Shown here one piece after another: positions 11,267-22,335 of a stretch of 64,000 nt of DNA. Origin of the DNA: an uncultured delta proteobacterium (GTDB lineage: Bacteria > Desulfobacterota > Desulfomonilia > UBA1062); NCBI GenBank assembly GCA_963752595.1, contig CAVVYZ010000001.1:7747-71746 (forward strand), written 5' to 3'. A model generated the notes under the pieces. The model saw only the letters and a list, made by a program, of their open reading frames with translations. It did not search any database and was not told the origin of the DNA. The position numbers and the translations under genes were made by a program. Numbering within the stretch: position 1 is the stretch's first letter; each line of letters opens with the position of its first letter.

Positions 11267-12420
11267 TTACATCATCATGATCCTGGACACGATCATGCGC
11301 ATGATATCCGATGTGCCCCCGCCGATGGCCGCCAGCTTGGAATCGCGGAAGTTTCTCTCCACCGGGTACTCATGCATGAAGCCGTATCCGCCGAAGATCT
11401 GCACGGCCTCCGACGCCATCTCGAATCCCCGGTCGCCCGGCATAGACCTTGCTGACTGCCGCCTGCAGAGGGTTGAGCATCTGGCCCGTTGTCCTTGGCC
11501 GAGGCAACCCGGTAAATGGCGAGCCGTGACGGCCTCGATAAAGACCTTCATATCGGCGATCCGGTGCTGGATGGCCTGGAAGCTCCGGATGGGGCGGTTG
11601 AACTGGTGCCGCTCGTTGGCATAGCGGGCGCACAGCATCCAGGTTGTTGAGCGCCGCGCCCAGCATGGGCGAGAGCAGGGTGCAGCGGTCCCACTCGACG
11701 CCGCTGAGCGCGATGAACCAGCCCTTGCCCTCGCCGGCCAGACATTTTCCTCCGGGACTTCGCAGTCTTCGAAAAAGACCTCCGAGGTGGCGGAGCACTT
11801 GCACCCCATCTTGTGGAAGGGTTTGCCGGTCGAAAGCCCGGGGGTTCCCTTTTCGATGATGAAGGCGGTGATGCCCTCGTGCTTTTTCGACGCGGTCCAC
11901 ATTGGCAAACACGACGAAGACATCCGCCACCGGGGCATTGGTGATGAAGGTCTTCGAGCCGTTGAGGATATACCGGTCGCCCTTCTTCACCGCCGTGGTC
12001 CTCAGGGAGGCGGCATCCGAACCGGAGCCCGGCTCGGTGAGCCCCATGCAGCCGATCCACTCGCCCGATGCGAGCCTGGGGACATACTTTTTCTTCTGCT
12101 CCTCGGTGCCGAAATCAAAGATGTTATGGGCGCACAGGTAGGTATGGGCGCCCCAGGCAAGCAGGCTGCCGCCGTCCACCCCCGCATGCCCCAGGGCCTC
12201 TCCGGCCAGGCAGCAGGTGACGATGTCCGCCCCCGACCCGCCCAGTTCCTCGGGAAAGGGCAGCCCCAGTATCCGCATGAGCGCCGAGCTTGTTCCAGAT
12301 CTCGAAGCTGAACTCACCCCTGAGATCGGCTTCTTCGCAGAGAGGGGCGATCTCTTCTCTGCCGTAGCGGAAGACGGTTTCCCTGAACATCTTCTGTTCC
12401 TGCGTGAGGGAAAAATCCAT
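11267..12420 (-). pseudogene. Acyl-CoA dehydrogenase (second copy), at least 3 frameshifts
   Basis: Blocks MDFSLTQEQKMFRETVFRYGREEIAPL, GLTEPGSGSDAASL, GITAFIIEKGTPGLS and IFGGYGFMHEYPVERNFRDSKLAAIGGGTSDIMR lie in different frames. GGGAGG precedes the ATG at 12420. Confidence 0.75.
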
Positions 12421-12451
12421 GGATAACCTCCCTATTCGCAATAAAAATACT

Positions 12452-12618
12452 ATAAGTTAATAATGCTACTGACAGTAATATTTAAACCATAGTTAACTTA
12501 TTGTCAAGAGCATTGCGTGCAGTTTTCAGCTGACCGAGGTGTCAACCCGAGGTATAATCCTCTATATTTTCTTACAATCTGCATCCATGGTGATGTATAC
12601 TTAACTATCAGTAGCATT
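12452..12618. promoter_or_regulatory. Divergent control region with operator-like repeats (candidate TetR sites)
   Basis: AATGCTACTGACAGT (12462-12476) recurs inverted as ACTATCAGTAGCATT (12604-12618) with 1 mismatch. ATAAGTTAA (12452-12460) pairs with TTAACTTAT (12493-12501). Local palindromes are TACTG-A-CAGTA and GTAGC-ATT-GCTAC. Confidence 0.4.
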
Positions 12619-12653
12619 GCTACTTATGGTCACTTAGAGCGTTAATCCGAGGC

Positions 12654-13340
12654 ATGGAGAAAAACATGGATGCAGAAACATCAAGAAGTGATACAGGAAA
12701 GGAAAAAGAGAGAAAAGGACCAGCGCATCCAGGGCATCCTGCCGCCGCCAAAAAGGTTTTTTTCTCCAAAGGCTATCTGAAGACGACCATGGACGAGATC
12801 GCCTTTGAGGCACAGATCAGCAAACCCACCATATACCAGTACTTCAGGCACCAAGGACGAGCTCTACTCATCTCTCATGCTGCCCTTCCTGGAAGAGTTC
12901 GGCTCCCAGTTCGAACGCATCGAAAAGAAACTTCCGGCATGCAAATACGCTACAGGGCCGGCAAAAATCTGGTGAAGGACCTATTCAAGATCTTTTCTGC
13001 GAAAGCTACGAAAGGCGCCCGACTCCCTCAGGGTCGCCAACACCTTTTTCCAGCACCAGGACCTCATCAATGAACTCAATGCGGAAACCCGCTCGGCCAT
13101 CAGCAGCAGGGGCAAATACGATTTCGAGCTGGCCAGACGGGTTCTCGAATCGGCCGACACACCAGGGCCTGATCAGGGATGTCGACACTTCGCGCTCTCC
13201 GATATCATCTGGGGACTGCTCCTTGGCATAACCCAGGTCATGGACATGAAGGCCACGAAGCGCTCCGGACCGGACAAGTATCTCAAGTCGACCTTGCAGA
13301 AGCGGAAAGGCTCATAGCGGATGCTATAGCCCTGAAATGA
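12654..13340 (+). pseudogene. TetR-family regulator (AtuR-like position), frameshifted
   Basis: The HTH block AAKKVFFSKGYLKTTMDEIAFEAQISKPTIYQYF is present. Frame breaks occur before it (at the CTGCCGCCGCC run) and after it. The 3' end is my reconstruction (…AEAERLIADAIALK*). Confidence 0.6.
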
Positions 13341-13579
13341 TATGAACCATCCCCGCATGGTGCGGGGAATGAGCGGGCGGGCGCGCGAACGTGCGACAAA
13401 AAAACTGCGGGGAAAGCCGGCCGGGAAAATGACTTTGCAATGGGAGGATTCGGCCCGATCTCAGTGATCAACAGCCATGCTTGTCAACCATGAAATGTTG
13501 AGATCCTAAAACCCCTTCGCGTTTCGAACTTTGAAAGACAGAGCCTTCGAGGCCTGTTTTTGAAAAAGGAGGCGGCATT

Positions 13580-15294
13580 ATGGATAGAGATCGATTCTGG
13601 AAGAAGTCGTATGATCCCGGGCTGGAGGATATCGACCCTGCCGCATGGGAAACCACGTATCCCGAAGTCTGCCGGCAGACATTCAGCGAGCTACACCGAC
13701 AAGACGGCCCTGGCCTTCATGGGGGTGCACATCACCTTTGCCGAGCTGGACCGCTATGCAAACAGGTTTGCCCACATGCTCCTGTCCCTCGGGACTGAAA
13801 AAGGGCTCGGTGGTGGGGATCAATCTCCCCAATATCCCGGAATATGTGATCGCATGGCTGGGCGCCCTGCGGGCGGGATGCGTCGTCTCCGGGGTATCCC
13901 CGCTCCTTTCACGCCGAGGAAATGGAGCATCAGCTCAAGGATTCCCAGGCCACGGGTGCTGGTCACCCTGGATGCCCTGTATGCGGCAAAGCTTGCCCCA
14001 GGTCGCCTCCAGCCTCCCGGATCTCAGGGCGGTGGTCGCAGCCAGCGTAGGTGGTTTCCTCCCCGGTGTAAAGAGGTTTCTCGGGCACGCTGCTGAGAAA
14101 GATCCCCAAGGGCAAGGTGACCCCCTGCGAGGGAAAAACGGTTATTTATCTTCAAGGAAGTCATTAAACCGGGAGGTTCCCCGACCAGGATCCCAAGATC
14201 GACCTTACCCCGGATGATATCGCCTATCTCCAGTATACCGGAGGAACAACCGGAATGCCCAAAGGCGCTATGCTGAGCCACAGGAACGCCGTGGCCGATC
14301 TCCTGATATTCCAGAAATGGCTCGGATGGGAAAAGGGTAAAGGCGTGGGGCTCTCGGGATTTCCCTTTTTCCACATCGCCGGAATATTCACCAATGCCAA
14401 CTGCGTGTACCTGGGCTGGCCCCAGGTCCTCATCCCGAATCCCAGGGATACGGACCATATCTGTAAGGAGCTGGCCAGGTACAAGCCCAACATAATGGCA
14501 AATGTCCCTCCGTTCTATCTGCTCCTGACGGCCAGACCCGAAATTCAAAACCCTGGACCACTCCAACATGAAGACGTGCGTGTCGGCGGCGGCTCCGTTC
14601 CCTGAGGAGGCACAGAAGGAATTCGAAGCGATCGTCGGCGCAGGAAAGATCATGGAAGGGCTATGGAATGACGGAAACGTCGCCTCTGACCGTCGTTCAA
14701 TCCCGATCAAGGGCAGAAAGAAAGTCGGCACGATCGGACTGCCGCTTGCTCAATACGGACATCCGGCTCGTCGGACCCGGCTACAGGCAAGGAAGTGGGG
14801 CCCGGGCAGCCGGGCGAGATCTGCATAAAAGGACCCCAGGTGATGGTGGGCTACTACAATAAGCCGGAAGAGACCAGGCAGGTCATCGATGCGGAGGGAT
14901 AGCATGCATACCGGGGATGTGGCCATACAGGATGAGGAAGGATACTTAAGGCTCGTGGACCGCACCAAGGATATGATCAATGTGGGCGGCTTCAAGGTGT
15001 TTTCCCGGAAAGTGGAAGAGGTGCTGTGCCGTCACCCGGCCGTCAACATGGCAGCCACGATCGGCATAGACAATCCGGAACGGCCCGGCTCGGAGGTCGT
15101 GAAGGCGTATCTGACCCTCAACCCCGATCATCAGCCGGTGGAGGATATGGAAGCCGTCAAGAGGGAAATCCTCGATCATGCCAGGGAGAAGCTGACCCCG
15201 TATGAAGTCCCCAAGGAGCTGGAGATCCGGACACGAGCTCCCGCTGACCAATGTCGGCAAGATAGACAAGAAGGTCCTGAGAAAGGAGGGCTGA
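13580..15294 (+). pseudogene. AMP-dependent acyl-CoA synthetase/ligase (AtuH/FadD-like), many frameshifts
   Basis: AMP-binding motifs YLQYTGGTTGMPKGAMLSH, GYGMTETSP (split by a frameshift), MHTGDVA and a C-terminal LPLTNVGKIDKK are spread over three frames. AAAGGAGG precedes the ATG at 13580. Confidence 0.8.
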
Positions 15295-15354
15295 GGACTC
15301 GGCATCCACGCCTCCTCACGCTTTCATAACCGGATAGATGCCGGTCTCGCCTCT

Positions 15355-16995
15355 TCAGTCGGGATAGAACCGCTTGACACATTCCGGGCAGAGGCTGTGG
15401 GTGAAGACGGCATCGGAGTGCTTGGTGATATAGCTTTCGATCTGATTCCAATACCCTGTATCATCCCGGATTTTCTTGCAGCCGGCGCAGATGGGGAGCA
15501 TGCCGCTCAGGGTCTTGACCTCCGCAAGGGCCTGCTGGAGCTCTCTGACCAGATTACCCCTTTCCAGGGCGGCCTTCCTGCGCTCAGTGATGTCTCTCGA
15601 CACCCCGTGTACCCCGATGATCCTGCCGCTATTGTCGCGAATAGCGGTGCAAAGGAGTTCCATCCATACCGTTGAACCATCCTTGCGGAAATACTCCAGT
15701 TCAAGCCTGATCGTCCTCCCCGGATCGACTCCCTCCTCATGATCTCGCTTGAGCTCTGCATACAATATATCCATGATATAACCAAGAGATGCGGGGGTCA
15801 GGGATTCACTCTGGTATTTCTGCATAAACTCTTCCGGTTCGAATCCGGTTACTTTTTCAATGGAAGGGCTGATATAGGTAAGGTTAAAATCCAGATCCAT
15901 TGTCCAGACGACATCGTTTGTCTTCTCGGTCAGGAGGCGGTACTTTGCCTCGCTCTGGCGTAAGAGCTCTTCCTTCTGCATCCGGCTGTCCTCGTTGCCG
16001 ATGGCCGAGGCGATAAACCCGAGGACACGCTTATCGTCGTCACTCGGTAAATAATCCGTCTTGTATACGACGCAGAGGGCTCCTACAGGCTTGCCCTCAC
16101 ACTTCACCGCCTGGCCGAAGTAGGTCTTCAACCCGTACTGACGCACATGGGGATCGGATTCAAAATAGGGAGTCCGGGGCAAATCGGTGACCAGCACCGG
16201 TTTGTCATCACTGTGGTGGATCACGTCGCAACAGATGCGCCCTTCGGGTAGACTTCCTTCAAGGAAATCAGGAGGGATCTGCCACCTGCCTACGGAATAG
16301 AGCAAATCTCCTTGCATACGGTTGTACAGAGCGCAGTCGGCACCGAGCATCTCGCCGCAGATGGCAGTCAGCCGGTTGATATTCGACACGTGATCAGCGC
16401 CGAGCTCCAGGAGACAGCCATTGATCTTCTCCAGTCGATCCCTTTGTTCTTTGAGTTCGGCCTCTGCCCGTTTGTGTTCGGTGATGTCAAGGATGCCTCC
16501 CACGAGGCCGGCAACGCGGCCATCGGCATCAACAAACGTCGCCTTGTTGAAAACAACATCGTGTATGCTTCCATCGGCGTGGAGGACGGACGCCTCATGC
16601 ACCTGTGTTTCCGGGTGGCTGAACAATGCCGTGTCTGCCTTGTAATATACTTCCGCCAGGTCATGGGGGTACGCTTCGTAAACGGTCTTTCTGACAATCT
16701 GATCCTTTGTCGAGCCGAGAAATTTCTCAAATGCACGATTGCATCCGCAGTATACCCCCCTGATGTCTTTGTAAAACACCGGGATGGGAATAGCATCAAG
16801 CAGCTGTTGGAAAAAAATCAGCCTTCTGTTCCGATCTTCTCTCAGTTCTCTCCGGGATGCTGATTCTTCCATTTCAACAACTCGCCTGCTCTCTTCGTTC
16901 AACTCTTCCGAATGCTGCCTCTTAAATCTCTGATCATCTTTCATGCCGGCTACCTCAACCATACAAGCCATGTATCGCTGAGAAATGCATTCCAT
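15355..16995 (-). CDS. Cytoplasmic PAS-GAF-PAS sensor protein with a C-terminal Cys4 (CxxC...CxxC) module
   Basis: Intact 546-aa ORF with two PAS-like blocks, one GAF-like block (GKPVGALCVVYKTDY...) and the terminal LPICAGCKKIRDDTGYWNQIESYITKHSDAVFTHSLCPECVKRFYP. There is no kinase, GGDEF or HTH output domain. Confidence 0.8.
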   Translation of the reverse strand: MECISQRYMACMVEVAGMKDDQRFKRQHSEELNEESRRVVEMEESASRRELREDRNRRLIFFQQLLDAIPIPVFYKDIRGVYCGCNRAFEKFLGSTKDQIVRKTVYEAYPHDLAEVYYKADTALFSHPETQVHEASVLHADGSIHDVVFNKATFVDADGRVAGLVGGILDITEHKRAEAELKEQRDRLEKINGCLLELGADHVSNINRLTAICGEMLGADCALYNRMQGDLLYSVGRWQIPPDFLEGSLPEGRICCDVIHHSDDKPVLVTDLPRTPYFESDPHVRQYGLKTYFGQAVKCEGKPVGALCVVYKTDYLPSDDDKRVLGFIASAIGNEDSRMQKEELLRQSEAKYRLLTEKTNDVVWTMDLDFNLTYISPSIEKVTGFEPEEFMQKYQSESLTPASLGYIMDILYAELKRDHEEGVDPGRTIRLELEYFRKDGSTVWMELLCTAIRDNSGRIIGVHGVSRDITERRKAALERGNLVRELQQALAEVKTLSGMLPICAGCKKIRDDTGYWNQIESYITKHSDAVFTHSLCPECVKRFYPD

Positions 16996-17424
16996 GATAT
17001 TTCCAATTCTTAATAATAATGCTCACCTATTAAAATGATAGTACCTGGATAAAAAATGATTCCTTTTTCCCCGTTACGACCTCCTGTCGATAATATCGGG
17101 TGCAAGGGAGAATTCAGCCCTTGAGCGGATGGCATTCTCCCGGTCAGCGAAAAATACCTGCGTGCGGATAATCGATGATAGTCCAAGGTTACCCCCCGAC
17201 TTGCACCGCATCCTGCAGCATGGAAGAGCTTCCTGGACATTATCCGTGATGTTGCCGCCATCGACCGTTACCATTGCGGGGTGATCTACCGCGTGCTATG
17301 CCGGCGGGAGAACGCAGGCGCAAGATAATGCCGTCCACCCCCGAATTCGACGGCAGCCTTATGCACACACAGGGGAGATGCGTCGGCAGTGTCAGACTCT
17401 CCTTCCTCTGACAGAAAGGACGAT

Positions 17425-18207
17425 ATGGGCACGACGATTTTTTACTACACCGGAACAGGCAACTCGTTGTGGGTGGCGCGTAAGCTTAGCGATAAGCTGG
17501 GCGGCACCGAGCCGGTTTCGATTTCAACGCTCAAGGATGAAACGAAGGCCGTTGATGCGGATGCCGTCGGTCTTGTATTCCCTGTGTACATCTGGGGCGT
17601 TCCTGCCCCGGTCATCCGGTGTATCGACAAACTGGACCTGCCCAAGACCGGATATGTATTTTCAATCGCCGTGAATGCCGGCCAGGTCTCCAACACCCTG
17701 GTGCAGCTGAAAAAGATCCTGGCGCAGAAAGGCATTGATCTCTCGACAGGCTTCGAAGTGAAGATGCCGTCGAACTACATCCCCTGGGGAGGCCCGGGGG
17801 CTAAGGAAAAGCAGCACAAGCTTTTCGAGCTTGCAGAGCGGAAGATAACCGGCATCGCCGCTGCAATAAAAGGAAAGCAGCATCTCCCTGTTGAAAAGGG
17901 GCCGCTCTGGCAGAGGATTTTTTTTACCGCCTTCTACAAAATGACCTTCAATCAGGTGCCCAAGATGGACGGCAAGTTCCGGGTCGATGACAAGTGCAAC
18001 GAGTGCGGGATCTGCGGCAAGGTATGCCCTGCAGCCAATATCACCATGCGAGAAGGCAGGCCTTTCTGGAACCACAGGTGCGACCAGTGCTTCTCCTGCC
18101 TGCAGTGGTGCCCGCAGGAGGCGATACAGTACGGAAAGAAGACACCGGCATACGAGAGGTACCACCATCCGGAGGTTCGGCTTAAAGACATACTGAAGAC
18201 GAAATGA
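17425..18207 (+). CDS. EFR1-type flavodoxin-like / 2x[4Fe-4S] ferredoxin protein
   Basis: N-terminus IFYYTGTGNSLWVA (flavodoxin-like) and two CxxCxxCxxxCP clusters (CNECGICGKVCP, CDQCFSCLQWCP). The ATG at 17425 with an AAAGGA upstream is preferred over the GTG at 17389. Confidence 0.75.
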   Translation: MGTTIFYYTGTGNSLWVARKLSDKLGGTEPVSISTLKDETKAVDADAVGLVFPVYIWGVPAPVIRCIDKLDLPKTGYVFSIAVNAGQVSNTLVQLKKILAQKGIDLSTGFEVKMPSNYIPWGGPGAKEKQHKLFELAERKITGIAAAIKGKQHLPVEKGPLWQRIFFTAFYKMTFNQVPKMDGKFRVDDKCNECGICGKVCPAANITMREGRPFWNHRCDQCFSCLQWCPQEAIQYGKKTPAYERYHHPEVRLKDILKTK

Positions 18208-18260
18208 TTATCGAGGCAGGTAAAAGGGAGGAATGCATGGGTATTTTCCCCCCCCCTCTA

Positions 18261-21157
18261 TCACATCTCGATCGCCCGCCTCACGACTGCTTTCAGTTCG
18301 CCGGTGCTGGACGGCTTATGAAGCAGCTCTTTTATTCCCAATGATTTCGTTTCATTTTCGTTGATGACATCACTGAAGCCCGTACTGAGTATTATGGGGA
18401 TGTCGGGACGGATATTCAGGAGGCTTCTTGCGAGCTCTACGCCTGTCATCTTCGGCATGGTCAGATCGGTAATGACCAGCTGGAATTCTTCGGGATGTTT
18501 ACGAAAAAGATCGAGAGCTTCCATGCCATTTTTCACCGCAGACACATGGTAGCCCAGGTGCTGCAATACACGCTGCAGGCTGGAAAGGATCATTCCCTCG
18601 TCATCTACCAGGAGAATCCTTCCCATACCTTCCTTCGACACATCCCTGCGGGATTGACGTGACTGTTCACCGGATTTCTCTTCAAAGAGAGGAATATGCA
18701 CGGTAAACTTCGATCCCTTCCCAGGCTCGCTCTCGACCGAGATAGTTCCGCCAAGGCTTTTGAGGATGCCATGGGCAAACGGCAACCCCATTCCAGTGCC
18801 CTTTCCGACCTCCTTTGTGGTAAAGAACGGCTCGAAAATCTGCTCCCTTACTTCCTCAGACATTCCACAACCCGTATCGCGTACGGTGAGCTCGAGGTAT
18901 TCTCCTTCTTTTGTCTCCTGACTTGATGCAAGGTGCACTTCGGAAAGACCGACTTCGATGGTCCCTTGCAGTGATTCCAATGCATCTGCAGCATTCCTGA
19001 TGAGGTTCATGATTATCTGGTGAATCTGTGTGGGATCGCCCATCACCACATCCAAATGAACATCGATATGCTGCTTTATCTCGATAGTGCTCGGAAGAGA
19101 GGATCTGGCGAACTTGAGGGCCTCCTGCAGGAGGGGCGTAACCTTAACGGGCATGAGCTTCTGCTCGCTTCGCCTGCTGAAAGAGAGAATCTGTTTCACC
19201 AGGTCTCTTTGCCGGTAGGCAGCTTCGATCACCTCCTGCAGCATCTGATGCTGATCGGTGTCTGCCTGCGACTCTCCCAGAAGGATCTCGGTATTGACCA
19301 CTATCGGATACAGGATGTTATTCAGGTCGTGGGCTATCCCCCCGGCAAATCTTCCAATCGCCTCCAATCTCTGGGTTTGCATGAGCTGATCCTCGAGCCT
19401 TTTCTTTTCTTCCTCCGCTTTCTTGCGCTCGGTGATGTCAAATCAGGAAGTTCAATGTTGCAGGCCTGTCATTCCATGAAACCCGGATTGCAATGATTTC
19501 AACCCACTTCACATTATCCGTCCTTATCCACGATCCTAACGTCATACGTCGCAGGCATGATCCTCGCCCTTCGTCCGTTTCTGGAGACTGGCAACCACCA
19601 TAACCCTGAAACTTCATGGTTCATGTATCGGTCTTGCAAAAGGATACGAGATCAGCTCTTCTTCCGGATAACGAAGCAGCTCTACGGTCCTGGAATCGAT
19701 GAACCGGATAATTCCATCCTGAGCCACGATAATGGCCTCATATGCGTTATTCCACTACTGTCCGGTATTTCTCCTCCGAAGCGGCAAGGGCCTCTTCAGC
19801 CTTTTTGCGTTCGAATATCTGCTGCTCGAGCTGCGTGTTCCTCGCCTCGACCTCGGCTGTCCTTTCCTTTACGAGCTCTTCCAGGTGGCTGCGATATCTG
19901 ACCAGTTCCTCTTCTGACTGCTTGCGCCCGGTGGTGTCCAGACAGATTCCCGTCATCCGTAAGGGGCGACCCTGATCATCGTATAATCCCCTTCCCATGG
20001 CGCTGATCCATCGGATCTGGCCATCAGGGTGAATGACCCTGAATTCATTAACCATCAGGGAATGTTCCTTCAATGCCTTGTCTATCCGCGAGACAGTACT
20101 CTTGCGATCATCAGGATGCAGGACGGCTTCCCATGTCTCGAATGATGCGTTGTCTTTCTGAGGGTCAAGCCCGAAAAGATGAAACATTTCAGGATCCCAC
20201 TCGAGCCTTCCCGGTTGTGATATCCCAGTCCCACACCCCCTCGCCGGCCGCAAGCTGCGCCATCTGCAGGCGCTCATTCGCCACGCGCGTTGCTTGTTCA
20301 GCCTGTTTCCGCTTGGTGATGTCGATGCCGAACGATACCGTCCCAACGACCCGGCCGTGTTCGCTCACTTCATTGTTCTGCCAGATAATATAGCGTTCTT
20401 CGCCTGTTTTGGTCAGGATGGGATTCTCATAATTCTTGGGCATCTCTCCCGACGCTAACCGATCGAATTCAGACCAGACCTGAGGGTAACGGTCCCTTGG
20501 CACGATGAGCTCGAACCAGTTGCGATTTTTCACCTCATCCCTAGTATACCCCGTAATCTCTTCAGCTGCCTTATTGAAAACCCTTACATTCCCTTTCAGG
20601 TCCAACCCCACAACCATTGCATTGGCAGTCTCGATCAGGCTTTCCGCATAGTCCCTGGCCTCTTGCAGGGATGTTCCGGCTTGCTTACGCCCGGTTATTA
20701 CTTCCGTAAACATGATGAGCCCGCCGATCTCTCCGGTTTGTTCGTACCATGGAATCGCTTCCCAGCGTACCCAGTCGAGGCTGCCATCCAATCGGGGGAA
20801 AGGATCTTCGTCGCATCTCTCGGGTTCTCCGGCCAGAACGCGTTGGTGGATCTTTTTCCACTTCTCCGGAATCTCCGGGAATACCTCGTAATGGGTCTTA
20901 CCGATGATGTCCTGATCACCCAGACCGTAATCGGAGAGCCATCGGCGGCTGACGGCAATGTACCTCATATGGTAATCAAACATCGCGATGGCTGCCGGTG
21001 CATGCTCGATACACATTCTCAATTGTTCATTACTTTTCTGCAGAGCCTCCTCCGTCCGCTTGCGTTCGGATTCCAACTCTTTCGATCGGGCGATGATCCG
21101 GCGTGCTTCTGCCAGCTCTTCCATGAGCTGCTTTTTCGTCTTATGGGTCTCGCTCAT
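18261..21157 (-). pseudogene. Multi-PAS hybrid sensor histidine kinase (HisKA-HATPase-REC), frameshifted in the PAS region
   Basis: ORFs 20189-21157 and 19747-20346 (PAS domains) and 18261-19382 (H-box GGIAHDLNN, G-boxes DTGCGM/GTGMGL, receiver LLVDDE) are colinear. The 19383-19750 segment translates as another PAS domain only when several frame changes are allowed. Confidence 0.8.
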
Positions 21158-21572
21158 TCCGGTTCTCTCCAGGTCGAAGAGGTTGCATCGACTCTTCCGT
21201 ATGCCACTTCTCCTGTTCAGGCCAGGATAGCCTCATTGCATGACCTAAAAAGGTAACGCCTTGATCACAACGGATGGGAGTTTATTTCAGCTGCCGGTAG
21301 TGGAACATGTATTCTCTGCATACTTATATAGACATATTATAAGAATCGACGATTCTATAAAGTAAGAACATCCGTTATATGAAGAATTCTATAGAAACTA
21401 TCGGTCCGGAGCAAGACAGATTTATTAAATACGCATATGCTGATGTAATCATCTCGTTGAGCTCAAGGCTTCCAGAGATTAATTTCCGGGTCGGCTGACC
21501 CCTAACATAATGATACTGATTGACTTTCATTGGGCATGCTGGTTATGCATTTGTTTTAAACATTTGTTTGAA

Positions 21573-22335
21573 ATGAGGTTTTCAGTGTCACAGGATGCGG
21601 CATTACTTACGGATGCCCGAACCCTGATCCTTGAGGCTGCAGGGGAAATCTTTGCAGAAGACGGATTTGCCGGGGCCACCATCAGAAAGATATGCTCCCG
21701 GGCCGGCGTCAATATAGCCCTGGTGAGCTACCACTTCGGCGACAAGGAGGGGCTGTATCTTGCCGTCATGAAATATTACCGTGCAAAGGCCTTAGAAGAG
21801 TATCCCCCTGATCTCGGCATAGACGGGTCGTCTTCAGCAGAACAGAGGCTCCATGCTTTTATCCGTTCTCTGATGTTCCGTCTGCTCGGCGAGGCCCGGA
21901 CATCCTGCTTCTGGAAGCTCTTTGCACGGGAGTTCATCGAGCCGACAAATGCCTTTGCCGTCATGGTGGAGGAAACCATCCGGCCGTCATACCACCACCT
22001 CATGAATCTGGTCAGGGAGTTCGCGGGCGCAGATAAAGACGAGCTGATCTTCAGGCTCTGCACGGCGAGCATCGTAGGCCAGTGTCTCTATCTACCGCAA
22101 TTCCCGCGAGGTGATCAGCAGGATCGCCGGGAAAGATCATTTCAGTGCTGAAGAAATCGAGGTTATAACAGATCACATCTTTCATTTTTCCCTGGCTGCC
22201 GTGAAGGCGTGCTACGGAGAAGGAAACAGCACGGCATCGAACGGCAGCTTGCAAGGGGATTCCAATAGTCTTGAGCGTCAGAAGACTCATTCAGGAGGAG
22301 CGCATGGAAGGAAAAGGGCAGGAAAGCCCGGCTAA
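21573..22335 (+). pseudogene. TetR-family regulator of the downstream efflux operon, one frameshift near 22090
   Basis: The HTH block ILEAAGEIFAEDGFAGATIRKICSRAGVNIALVSYHFGDKEGLY is present. The C-terminal helix continues in ORF 22111-22335. The true 3' end is uncertain. Confidence 0.6.
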
